A stretch of 64,000 nucleotides of DNA from Syntrophorhabdaceae bacterium (GTDB lineage Bacteria > Desulfobacterota > Syntrophorhabdia > Syntrophorhabdales > Syntrophorhabdaceae), in the NCBI GenBank assembly GCA_963665295.1, contig OY762209.1, positions 4,320,001 to 4,384,000 on the forward strand. Reading direction: 5' to 3'. Made by a program: the position numbers and the translations under genes. Numbering within the stretch: position 1 is the first letter of the stretch; each line of letters opens with the position of its first letter. The notes under the pieces are model-generated. The model was not told the DNA's origin, did not search any database, and saw only the letters and a program-made list of their open reading frames with translations. Positions 50,674 to 59,559 of the stretch are shown piece by piece.

Positions 50674-51618
50674 TTACTTCGTCAACAACAGATATTCATA
50701 TTTGTACAGGTCTTCGATGAACTGGCAGATCATTTCACCCTCATCGCTCCCACGCCCCTGAGACCTCATGATGTACCGAAGTCTGTCCGTCCACTCCACC
50801 CTCACGAAATCCGCGAAGGGACCCCGCACAACATGATAACCCGAGGCATGCGCCAACCGTTCAAGATGGGAAAACTTGATCGTGTACTCATCATGCCCCA
50901 TGAGGGATATCCTTTCCGGATTCCCCGTGGCCTCAATTTGAACAATTGACCGGAGGGCCTCCGGGACCTTCGCTTCACAACTGTGCTCGCCCAAATAGAT
51001 GTAAGGTACCCCCGACTCACAGAGCTTTTCTATCGCGTCGAGTGCGCCTATGTTCATATTGAAGGTGTCGCCCTCAGGGGCCTCGAGGCCGTATTTGGTA
51101 AAGAAATGCCTTGCCTTCATAATGCCTGGATCCCTTGGTTCCGAGTCCACATCAATGCTCCGGCGATCAATTCCCACAAGGGTGGGAAAATCCCCCATAT
51201 TCTCGTTCAGGATCGCCAGATCGAAGCTCGCGAGGTCCCCGGGATCGGTCTCGAGGAAATCTCCCTGCCTGAATACAACCTCCTGTCCGCCAAGGGTCTC
51301 TTTTTGTTTCCCGAGGAGGTAAGGCGATATATCGAGCATAACCGGCTTCAGCGATGTGTCCCTCCCGAGAAAATCCTTCATCAGATATCCATAGCCTCCG
51401 CCTATTTCAATCACCCTGCGCACCCTTTCCATGGGTAACAATACGCGCAGGTAATCATAGAGCAGATGTCCGTAAGAATCGTCACGGACAAGTACTTTCC
51501 GTAACGGGGTGTCCTCCGGATGGAGGGCGTTACATACGGTCAGCTCCCATCCCAGGCTGGTCAGCGCGTTAATGTGGTAGTCCTTCGTAGTATTAATGGG
51601 CATAAGATAATACGCCAT
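50674..51618 (-). CDS. Class I SAM-dependent methyltransferase, substrate unknown
   Basis: VIEIGGGYG motif I, LDIS, GDFL, NENMGDFP. Confidence 0.75.
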   Translation of the reverse strand: MAYYLMPINTTKDYHINALTSLGWELTVCNALHPEDTPLRKVLVRDDSYGHLLYDYLRVLLPMERVRRVIEIGGGYGYLMKDFLGRDTSLKPVMLDISPYLLGKQKETLGGQEVVFRQGDFLETDPGDLASFDLAILNENMGDFPTLVGIDRRSIDVDSEPRDPGIMKARHFFTKYGLEAPEGDTFNMNIGALDAIEKLCESGVPYIYLGEHSCEAKVPEALRSIVQIEATGNPERISLMGHDEYTIKFSHLERLAHASGYHVVRGPFADFVRVEWTDRLRYIMRSQGRGSDEGEMICQFIEDLYKYEYLLLTK

Positions 51619-51690
51619 GTCCCACCTGCCGTCTGACAGCAGGTAAGGCGCGTGGCTATCAATTTACCATATCGGCGAAAAATACGAAAG

Positions 51691-51723
51691 AAAAAGCCCC
51701 CAGGGGCAATCCCCTGGGGGCTT
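51691..51723 (-). terminator. Intrinsic terminator of acs
   Basis: Stem AAGCCCCCAGGGG/CCCCTGGGGGCTT with a U-run on the minus strand. Confidence 0.85.
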
Positions 51724-51741
51724 CGGTTATGCATGTTGTTC

Positions 51742-53718
51742 TTACTGTCTGCCCTTCACGATCTCTTCGACAACTGACGGATCAGCAAGAGTCGTGGTGT
51801 CGCCAAGCTCATCCAATGCGCCGGCGGCGACCTTCCTCAGGATCCTTCTCATGATCTTGCCTGATCTTGTCTTCGGCAGACCTGGTACAAACTGGATCTT
51901 GCCGGGAGAGGCGATAGGACCGATCTCTTTTCTTACGTGAGCTACCAACTCTTTCTTCAGGGCATCAGTTCCCTCAACGCCCGTCTTCAGGATAATGTAG
52001 GCGTAAAGGTCTTCGCCCTTCACTTCGTGCGGGAAACCAACGACTGCGGACTCTGCAACTGCCGTCGTCAGGGAGTTAAGTGCCGCCTCAACCTCTGCGG
52101 TTCCCATTCTGTGTCCGGATACGTTCACGACGTCGTCGATACGGCCCATGAGCCAGAAATATCCGTCTTCGTCTTTTCGTGCGCCGTCACCGGAGAAATA
52201 GAAACCAGGCTGCTGCACAAAGTAAGTGTTGAAGAATCTTTCCGGTTCGCCAAAAACGCCTCTCATCATGCCAGGCCAGGACCTTCCGATGCAAAGCTCG
52301 CCCTGCTCGTTGACGGGTGCATCCAATGCGGGCATGTCGGCCGATGATCTCGGCTGCAAGGCGCGGGCGTCGACGCCAAAGAAGGGAAGTGACGCCGAAC
52401 CTGGTTTTCCAGGCCATGCGCCGGGAAGCGATGCGATAAGGATTCCGCCGGTCTCTGTCTGCCACCAGGTATCAGTGATGGGGCATTTCTCTCCGCCGAC
52501 ATACTTGTGGTACCACATCCATGCTTCAGGGTTGATGGGCTCGCCCACGGAACCTAACAGTCTCAGTGAGGACATATCCCTTCCCTGCGGCCATTTCTCG
52601 CCGTCTTTCATAAGAGCCCTGATGGCGGTTGGCGCGGTGTAGAAAATGCTGACTTTGAATTTCTCGATAATCTGCCAGAACCTGTCCGGGTTCGGGTATG
52701 TGGGCACTGACTCGAATACGATCGATGTCGCGCCGTTGCAAAGCGGACCATACACAATGTATGAATGGCCGGTTACCCAACCGATATCCGCGCTGCAGAA
52801 GAAAATGTCTTTGTCTTTGTAATCGAAGATGTATTTCAACGTTGCATACACATAGGTCATGTAACCGCCCGTGGTATGGAGCACGCCCTTCGGTTTGCCT
52901 GTGGAGCCGGAGGTATAAAGGATGAACAGCGGGTCTTCCGCATCCATCTGCTCTGCCGGGCATACGTCGGTAATGTCGGGAGCTGCCAGTTCGTCCTCGA
53001 AGAACGTATCTCTGCCGGCCTTCATGGGAACCTCAAAGCCCTCGAGTCTCTTTACAACGATAACCTTGTCAACTGTGTGACCCTGCTGTGCACAAAGGTC
53101 GCAAGCGATATCGGCATTCGCCTTGGAGCTGACATTTTTGCCCGAACGCCAGTAACCGTTTGCCGTGATGAGAAGTTTTGCACCGGCATCAAGGATCCTG
53201 TCACGGAGCGCTTCAGCGGAGAAACCACCGAAAACGATCGTATGGATTGCGCCGATTCTTGCACATGCAAGCATTGCGATCGGAAGCTGATAGATCATGG
53301 GAAGATAGATAGCTATCCTGTCGCCCTTCCGCACGCCTTTTTTCTTCAGGACGTTTGCGAACTTCGATACGGCCTTCAGCATTTCCCTGTAGGTGAGTTT
53401 TACTACATCGTCATCCGGCTCGCCCTGGAAGATGATGGCCGTCTTATCGCCTTTTCCCTTCTTGATCTGTGCGTCAAGGCAGTTGTAAGAGATATTGGTT
53501 TTGCCGCCGATGAACCACTCTACTTCGCCCTTTGAAAAATCTTCTCTGTTTACCTTGAGCCACTTTTTGTACCAGAATAACTCCGATGCTATGTCGCCCC
53601 AAAATGTGTCCGGATCCTCGATGGACTGCTTCCACATCTTCTCATACTGCTCGCGGCTGTCGACATATGCCTGCTCAACAAATTCTTCTGATGGATAAAA
53701 CTTATTTTCCTCTGCCAT
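51742..53718 (-). CDS. acs: AMP-forming acetyl-CoA synthetase
   Basis: YTSGSTGKPKG, DIGWVTGHSY, DTWWQTETGG, PKTRSGKIMRR; SD GGAGG before ATG 53718. Confidence 0.96.
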   Translation of the reverse strand: MAEENKFYPSEEFVEQAYVDSREQYEKMWKQSIEDPDTFWGDIASELFWYKKWLKVNREDFSKGEVEWFIGGKTNISYNCLDAQIKKGKGDKTAIIFQGEPDDDVVKLTYREMLKAVSKFANVLKKKGVRKGDRIAIYLPMIYQLPIAMLACARIGAIHTIVFGGFSAEALRDRILDAGAKLLITANGYWRSGKNVSSKANADIACDLCAQQGHTVDKVIVVKRLEGFEVPMKAGRDTFFEDELAAPDITDVCPAEQMDAEDPLFILYTSGSTGKPKGVLHTTGGYMTYVYATLKYIFDYKDKDIFFCSADIGWVTGHSYIVYGPLCNGATSIVFESVPTYPNPDRFWQIIEKFKVSIFYTAPTAIRALMKDGEKWPQGRDMSSLRLLGSVGEPINPEAWMWYHKYVGGEKCPITDTWWQTETGGILIASLPGAWPGKPGSASLPFFGVDARALQPRSSADMPALDAPVNEQGELCIGRSWPGMMRGVFGEPERFFNTYFVQQPGFYFSGDGARKDEDGYFWLMGRIDDVVNVSGHRMGTAEVEAALNSLTTAVAESAVVGFPHEVKGEDLYAYIILKTGVEGTDALKKELVAHVRKEIGPIASPGKIQFVPGLPKTRSGKIMRRILRKVAAGALDELGDTTTLADPSVVEEIVKGRQ

Positions 53719-53814
53719 ATAACCCTCCTGTGCGGTATTAGATATAACTACTAGCAATAACTATTCTTGGATGGTTAATTGTAAACATCCCCGTAATAGG
53801 TTGTCAATAAAATT

Positions 53815-53832
53815 ATGTTAATATTTTCACAA
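53815..53832. promoter_or_regulatory. Palindromic Rex- or CRP/FNR-like operator just upstream of the acs -35 box
   Basis: Minus strand TTGTGAA-AATA-TTAACAT, 7 nt from TTGACA (53802-53807). Confidence 0.5.
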
Positions 53833-53940
53833 TTAGGGCCATATTTGACCCTTTTTGCCTGCGTAAAATTAAGCTGCCTCCTGCATACGACGCGCCGTTT
53901 TTGTTTCGCCCTGTGTACAGTTTTCGACCGCCCTCCAGCC

Positions 53941-55732
53941 CCTTAATCCCCCACCAAAAATAATCAAAAACCCCGTTGGCCCCTACGAATAGGGATGATA
54001 GAATGTAGTCACCACACCAAATTCCATCACCAACGAGGTGAATCAATTATGCCACAGGGCCTCCTTCCGTACAAGTATGAAGAAGAGAAAAGAGAAACAG
54101 GCATGACCTCCCTCGCAGGGCTCCCCCTCTACCTCGACCTTGCATCGGCCTTGGGCCTCGCCGGTTCGATCGGTGCTCACATGCATATAAAGAGTGAAGG
54201 CTGGACAGACACGCAGATAATCCTCACCCTCATTCTTCTGAACCTTGCCGGAGGAGACAGCGTAGACGATGTAACTATCCTTGAAAAGGATGAGGGGCTG
54301 TGCAGAGTCGTGCGGCGAATAGAACAGAAAGGGCTTACCCGCAAGGAACGGAAAGCCCGGGAGCGGCAACGCACGTTCCCTTCCCCTTCCCCGATATTCC
54401 GGTATCTCTCCGCCTTCCATGATGCGCGGGAGGAGAAGAAGAGGGAAAAGGGGAAGGCCTTCATTCCCGCCCCGAACGAGCATCTTATGAACCTCATGAA
54501 GGTACACCGGGATTTCATCTGCTCCATAGTGAAGTCCGCCTCCCCAAAGGTCGCGACCCTCGATATGGATGCAACCCTGATAGAGACGTTGAAGAGAAGC
54601 GCCCTCTTCAGTTATAAACACCATAAGGCCTATCAACCGTTCAATACCTGGTGGGCGGAACAGGAGTTGATTCTTCATACCGAGTTCAGGGACGGCAATG
54701 TCCCTGCGGGACATGAACAGTTAAGAGTATTCAAGGAAGCCCTCTCAAAGCTTCCTCCCGGTGTAGAGAAGGTCTATCTCCGTTCCGATACCGCAGGGTA
54801 TCAACACGACCTCCTGAAGTACTGCGAGAATGGCGAAAATACACGCTTCGGCAGGATCGAGTTTGCCATAGGCGCCGATGTGACCTCTGAGTTCAAAAAG
54901 GCAGTGGCCCAGGCAGAAGAGTGGAGACCTCTCTATAAAGAAGGAAAGGAGACGGGAAGGGAGTGGACCGAAGTCTGCTACGTACCCAATGCGGTCGGCC
55001 ACAGCAAAAAGGATCCGGAATACCGCTACTTCGCTACCCGTGAGCTTTTAAAACAGGATATCCTTCCCGGCATGGAAGGGCAACTCTCATTCCCTACGAT
55101 GATGATGACACAAAAGCGCTACAGGATATTCGGCATCGTCACAAACAGGGATATGGAAGGAGATGAACTGATACGGTGGCATTATAAACGGGCAGGGAAA
55201 TCGGAGGAGGCCCACTCTATCATGAAAGAGGACCTTGCCGGGGGAAGACTCCCAACGGGTAAGTTCGGAGAGAATGCCGCCTGGTGGTGGATAATGGTCC
55301 TCGCCTTTAATATCAATTCGGCATTGAAACGTCTGGTGCTGAAAGGATCATGGGCCACCAGGAGAATGAAGGCGATCCGCTTTTCCCTCATCAACCTGCC
55401 GGGAAGGGTCATGACCCACGCGAGGGAACTTGTGATCCGCATATCGAGAGAACACCCCTCCCTGGAATTATTGTTCGCAGCACGGCAACGCATCATGGAG
55501 CTTGTACTTTCGGGATAGATGATGAGAAGCGGGGAAGAGACTCTTTGTGGAACGAGACGGCGAAAGGAGGGGTGTGCCCAAATCTTACCCGTCAGAGAGG
55601 CGTGTGCCATGTCTGGATAGACGAAACGGAACGAAGGGTTCATATTTGATTCCGATTTAAAGGGTGGTGGGGAAAGACGGCTCGGATGGAGGGCAAAGCA
55701 GCGGTAAGGGCGAGAGGGGTGGTGGATTATGG
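53941..55732 (+). mobile_element. Complete IS1380-family insertion sequence (1792 bp)
   Basis: IRL CCTTAATCCCCCACC vs IRR reverse complement CCATAATCCACCACC (13/15); flanking 4-bp duplication AGCC at 53937-53940 and 55733-55736. Confidence 0.9.
54049..55518 (+). CDS. IS1380-family DDE transposase
   Basis: TLDMDAT, FRDGN, LRSDTAGY, RAGKSEEAH..MKEDL, FGENAAWW. Confidence 0.92.
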   Translation: MPQGLLPYKYEEEKRETGMTSLAGLPLYLDLASALGLAGSIGAHMHIKSEGWTDTQIILTLILLNLAGGDSVDDVTILEKDEGLCRVVRRIEQKGLTRKERKARERQRTFPSPSPIFRYLSAFHDAREEKKREKGKAFIPAPNEHLMNLMKVHRDFICSIVKSASPKVATLDMDATLIETLKRSALFSYKHHKAYQPFNTWWAEQELILHTEFRDGNVPAGHEQLRVFKEALSKLPPGVEKVYLRSDTAGYQHDLLKYCENGENTRFGRIEFAIGADVTSEFKKAVAQAEEWRPLYKEGKETGREWTEVCYVPNAVGHSKKDPEYRYFATRELLKQDILPGMEGQLSFPTMMMTQKRYRIFGIVTNRDMEGDELIRWHYKRAGKSEEAHSIMKEDLAGGRLPTGKFGENAAWWWIMVLAFNINSALKRLVLKGSWATRRMKAIRFSLINLPGRVMTHARELVIRISREHPSLELLFAARQRIMELVLSG

Positions 55733-55794
55733 AGCCGCCGCCCGATTGACTATTGATATAAAGCGTGCTAACTTCACATAAGGAGGGTTTGCCT

Positions 55795-56010
55795 ATGTTT
55801 GGTCTCGGAATGCCTGAACTTATCATCATAATGGTCATAGTACTGCTCATATTCGGAGCAGGTAAACTCCCTGAGATAGGCGGAGCGATAGGCAAGGGCA
55901 TCAAAGGTTTCAAGAAGTCCATGAAGGAGCCTGACGAAATAGATGTCACGCCGAAGCAAAGTGCCGATAAGGAAAAGAAGGAAGACCAGGAGAAGAACAA
56001 GGCGTCCTGA
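55795..56010 (+). CDS. tatA: Twin-arginine translocase subunit TatA
   Basis: [40 protein letters not shown]. Confidence 0.95.
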   Translation: MFGLGMPELIIIMVIVLLIFGAGKLPEIGGAIGKGIKGFKKSMKEPDEIDVTPKQSADKEKKEDQEKNKAS

Positions 56011-56172
56011 CCTCCCCCACGGTCCATCAGCCATACTTTGACAATAGTTTCAACATGATGTCTGGGCGCCCTGCCTGTGAGAGCCATCTTCCCTTCCGCC
56101 ATGTAAACCCTGTCCTTTCCCCTCAGGCATTTGCCTCTTGATAACACGCACGCATACAGCTACAATGATGGT

Positions 56173-57147
56173 GTGAAACTTCTGGATGGTTACAAATCTT
56201 CTTCCATAGAGCAGGCGGTTCGGGCACTGAAAAACGGCGATATCGTCGCTTTCCCCACGGAGACCGTTTATGGTCTTGGCGCCGATGCGCTGAATGCCCT
56301 CGCTGTTGCGAAGATATTCGAAATCAAGAAACGGCCTCACTTTGACCCGCTTATAGTCCATGTCGCCGAAAAGGACTGGATATTCCGGTACGCGGAGGCT
56401 GTCCCGCCAAAAGCCGTTCAACTCGTCGAACAATTCTGGCCGGGCCCTCTCACGATTATCCTGAAAAAGAACGCCCTCGTCCCGGATATCGTCACCGCGG
56501 GACTTCCTACTGTAGGGATACGTATGCCCTCTCATCCCGTGGCCCTCGACCTTATAAAAGGTCTCGATCATGCCGTTGCCGCCCCCAGCGCCAACCCTTT
56601 CGGATATATGAGCCCCACGAAGGCGGGTCATGTAGCGGAGATGTTTAAGGACACGTCCCTCATGGTGCTTGATGGCGGAGACAGCGCTTTCGGCATCGAG
56701 TCCTCCATAGTCTCGGTTTCGGCGGACACGGTCCGCCTCCACCGGCATGGAGCAATATCCCTTGAAGACCTTACCATGGCGGTTGGCCCTCTTTCGGAAA
56801 AAGAACGGGATGGAACGTGCGAATCACCCGGGGAACTCCCTTATCACTATGCGCCGCACACCCCTCTCAAGATTGTCAGGTCTCCCGAGGACGTGGAAAA
56901 CCCCAGATCCTCCTACCTTTCCTTCAAGAGACCCGTCGTGCCTCCGGACGCCAAGTACGTGAAGGTCCTCTCCGACTCCGGCAATATGAGAGAGGCCGCG
57001 GCCCGATTCTTTTCCTCCCTCATAGAACTCGACCGCGAAGATGTCGATATCATCTACGCGGAGGCCATACCCGAAAAGGGCCTTGGAAGAGCCATGATGG
57101 AGAGGCTCAACAAGGCATCGAAAAAATACTTTCACATAACCCGTTGA
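56173..57147 (+). CDS. sua5: Threonylcarbamoyl-AMP synthase with SUA5 C-terminal domain
   Basis: FPTETVYGLGA, KKRP..PLIVH, WPGPLT, APSAN, PG...HYAP. Confidence 0.94.
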   Translation: MKLLDGYKSSSIEQAVRALKNGDIVAFPTETVYGLGADALNALAVAKIFEIKKRPHFDPLIVHVAEKDWIFRYAEAVPPKAVQLVEQFWPGPLTIILKKNALVPDIVTAGLPTVGIRMPSHPVALDLIKGLDHAVAAPSANPFGYMSPTKAGHVAEMFKDTSLMVLDGGDSAFGIESSIVSVSADTVRLHRHGAISLEDLTMAVGPLSEKERDGTCESPGELPYHYAPHTPLKIVRSPEDVENPRSSYLSFKRPVVPPDAKYVKVLSDSGNMREAAARFFSSLIELDREDVDIIYAEAIPEKGLGRAMMERLNKASKKYFHITR

Positions 57148-57283
57148 TAATTTTGAAAACACATGATAATCTAATTTCTATGAAAAGTGACCGTCGCAGT
57201 AATGGAACTCTCAGGGAAGTGCTTGATTTTATTGGTATTTGTAGTTGTCTGCGCTTCATGCAAAAGAAAGCAATCACATGCTT

Positions 57284-57348
57284 TTTCAATGAGTTAAGGA
57301 CAACTTCCTACAACTTGTTCACAGGTTTCCCACAAAAATTGTGGAAAA
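57284..57348. promoter_or_regulatory. DnaA-box cluster with IHF-like site in an AT-rich intergenic region
   Basis: TTGTTCACA 57315-57323, TTTCCCACA 57326-57334, TGTGGAAAA 57340-57348; IHF-like TTTCAATGAGTTA 57284-57296. Confidence 0.55.
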
Positions 57349-57368
57349 CCCCGTATAATCACGCCCTC

Positions 57369-57740
57369 GTGCGTGTATGTTCCGTTCTTCTCTGCCTCGT
57401 TTTTCTCACTTCGTGCAGCTACTTTCGAAGCGCGAAAAAGGACGCGAAGCCGGCGGCACAACCAAAAGTCGCTGAGCAGGCTAAACCGGCGGAGACTCCT
57501 AAGAAGAAGAGTGCACCCGAGCCGAAGAAGACAAGGATAGCCCTGGACAACGCCCTCATAGATCAAGGCCAGGAAGAGGTCAAAAAACAGTTCGGAGAAC
57601 CGGATGTGGTGAGCAAGACACCCGAGAATCAGATATTGTGGACCTATAGGCCAAAATGGAAACTCATACCGGACAGCGCCGACACGGTGTATGTTCAGTT
57701 TGTGGACGGCAAGGTAGTAAAGATAGTTCGGACGCAATAA
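57369..57740 (+). CDS. Lipoprotein with Pro/Ala/Lys linker and SmpA/BamE-like C-terminal fold
   Basis: Lipobox LTSC; V...FGEPD...W.Y, V.F.DGKV. Confidence 0.65.
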   Translation: MRVCSVLLCLVFLTSCSYFRSAKKDAKPAAQPKVAEQAKPAETPKKKSAPEPKKTRIALDNALIDQGQEEVKKQFGEPDVVSKTPENQILWTYRPKWKLIPDSADTVYVQFVDGKVVKIVRTQ

Positions 57741-57763
57741 CAAAAACAGGGGACGGGATATTT

Positions 57764-58021
57764 ATGATATGCGAAAAATGTGCAGGCGAAGTCGAGACTA
57801 TTCTTTGCACACACTGTGATGCGGAGGTCATAAGACTCGGTCCGTTCTGCTATGCGTGCGGACAGGCTCTTGATAAAGAAGCCGGAGCAACGGAAGAGGG
57901 AGAGGGAATCGATCTCTCTTCGCGGATACTCTGCAGCGACGAGGCCTGTATAGGCGTGGTGAACGAGGAAGGAATCTGTAAGGTGTGCGGAAAGCCTTAC
58001 GAGCCTGCCTCGCAGGGTTGA
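57764..58021 (+). CDS. Small Cys-rich zinc-ribbon hypothetical protein
   Basis: Three CxxC motifs plus C-terminal LCSDEACIG...CKVCG. Confidence 0.75.
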   Translation: MICEKCAGEVETILCTHCDAEVIRLGPFCYACGQALDKEAGATEEGEGIDLSSRILCSDEACIGVVNEEGICKVCGKPYEPASQG

Positions 58022-58366
58022 CTACCCGCTCCCCGGCGCTTCCTGCCTTTCGGATACGCCTTTCAACCGGTCTCCAGGGGTAATTTCAGGGAGAGGGGTT
58101 CCTCGCTTTAACCAGTTACACGATAAATATTTCCATGAGGCCGGGTTCGCGCAGGTCATGAGGGGGATATCAACCCCTGTAAAAAGACGCGCGGCACCCT
58201 TACCTGAGGGTTCTCCCGCAAAAACAAAGGACGTTCAAATCATGCATGATATAACAGACAGGAAAACAGTCAGATGGGTGAACAGGAAAGAATCACCCTG
58301 TGAAAACATTCCAGGGGGTGCTGCAACCTACCACCCAATGCCGGTCTGTCCGGAAAGGGGTTTGCC

Positions 58367-59287
58367 ATGAGTTTCTTCGACAAGATCAAGAATGGACTTA
58401 CCAAAACAAGGGACCAGATACTCACTCGCATCGAGTGGGCCGTAAAGGGAAAACCGATAGATGAGGATGCCTTCGAGTCAGTGGAAGAAGCTCTGATTCT
58501 TTCCGACGCGGGCTATGAGACCACTGAACTTCTTGTGAATGCGTTAAAGGAGAAGTGGAAACGAGGTATGATCCGAAATACGGAGGACATCGAGGTTTCC
58601 ATGAAAGAAGAGGTGACAAACCTCCTCTTGCCCATAGAAAAACCGATTGTTACGGACGCGAGCAAACCTTTCGTCATATTGATGCTTGGCGTGAACGGGG
58701 TGGGCAAAACGACGACCATAGCGAAGCTTGCCGCCATCTACCGTGCCTCAGGAAAAAAGGTCATCCTGGGGGCGTGTGATACGTTCAGGGCTGCTGCAGT
58801 GGAACAACTCGAGGTATGGGCACAACGCCTCGATATGGACGTGGTGAAGCATGCTGAAGGCTCGGACCCTGCGGCTGTCGCCTTTGATTCCACCAAGGCG
58901 GCGAAGGCTAGAGGCGCCGACGTGGTAATACTGGACACCGCGGGCAGACTCCACACAAAAGCGAACCTTATGGAGGAGATGAAGAAGATAAAACGCGTCA
59001 TTACAAAGGAAGTAAGTGGCGCCCCCCATGAAATACTGCTTGTGGTGGATGCCACAAACGGCCAGAACGCCATAGCTCAGGCAAAGACGTTCAACGAGGC
59101 CCTGAATGTGACAGGCATTGTCATCACAAAACTCGACGGGACCGCAAGGGGAGGTTTTATCCTGCCTATCGCACACCTGTTGAATATCCCCATAAGATAT
59201 ATCGGCGTAGGCGAAAGGATGGACGATCTCGTCCCGTTCAGCGCACGAGATTTCGCGGAGGCTCTTTTTTCAACCAGGCGGGCCTGA
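58367..59287 (+). CDS. ftsY: SRP receptor FtsY (NG domains only)
   Basis: GVNGVGKTTT, DTFRAAA, DTAGR, TKLDGTARGG, GVGE. Confidence 0.97.
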   Translation: MSFFDKIKNGLTKTRDQILTRIEWAVKGKPIDEDAFESVEEALILSDAGYETTELLVNALKEKWKRGMIRNTEDIEVSMKEEVTNLLLPIEKPIVTDASKPFVILMLGVNGVGKTTTIAKLAAIYRASGKKVILGACDTFRAAAVEQLEVWAQRLDMDVVKHAEGSDPAAVAFDSTKAAKARGADVVILDTAGRLHTKANLMEEMKKIKRVITKEVSGAPHEILLVVDATNGQNAIAQAKTFNEALNVTGIVITKLDGTARGGFILPIAHLLNIPIRYIGVGERMDDLVPFSARDFAEALFSTRRA

Positions 59288-59559
59288 ACCAAGAGCGTCT
59301 CTCTGTGACCGGCGAGAGCCTTACACTCCCCATCGTTCCGCAAAAGGCAAGACTGTCTGTTTCCCACCAAGAGATGACGTTTTCCGGTTTGACTTTGCGC
59401 CGGTTCGATTATACTATAAGGATCATGTATATGACGAGGTACGTGAAGGCTGAATTGCTTCCGGGTTTTCCTGATACCCGCCGCACCATACACAATCCGC
59501 CTTGTCGCCGCGAGGTTCTCGATTACACCATCCCGCCCGGAATTTCCCGGACAGCCTAA

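Noticed and set aside
55182..56147. 321-aa minus-strand ORF
   Set aside because: Antisense to tatA and the transposase, crosses the IS boundary, and has no recognisable motifs
56817..57368. N-terminal part of the 307-aa ORF 56817-57740
   Set aside because: Overlaps sua5 and runs through the AT-rich DnaA-box region; the signal peptide and lipobox begin at 57369
58022..58366. Possible SRP RNA or riboswitch upstream of ftsY, and the 70-aa ORF 58158-58370
   Set aside because: No SRP domain IV signature or riboswitch consensus recognised; the ORF has no protein-like features
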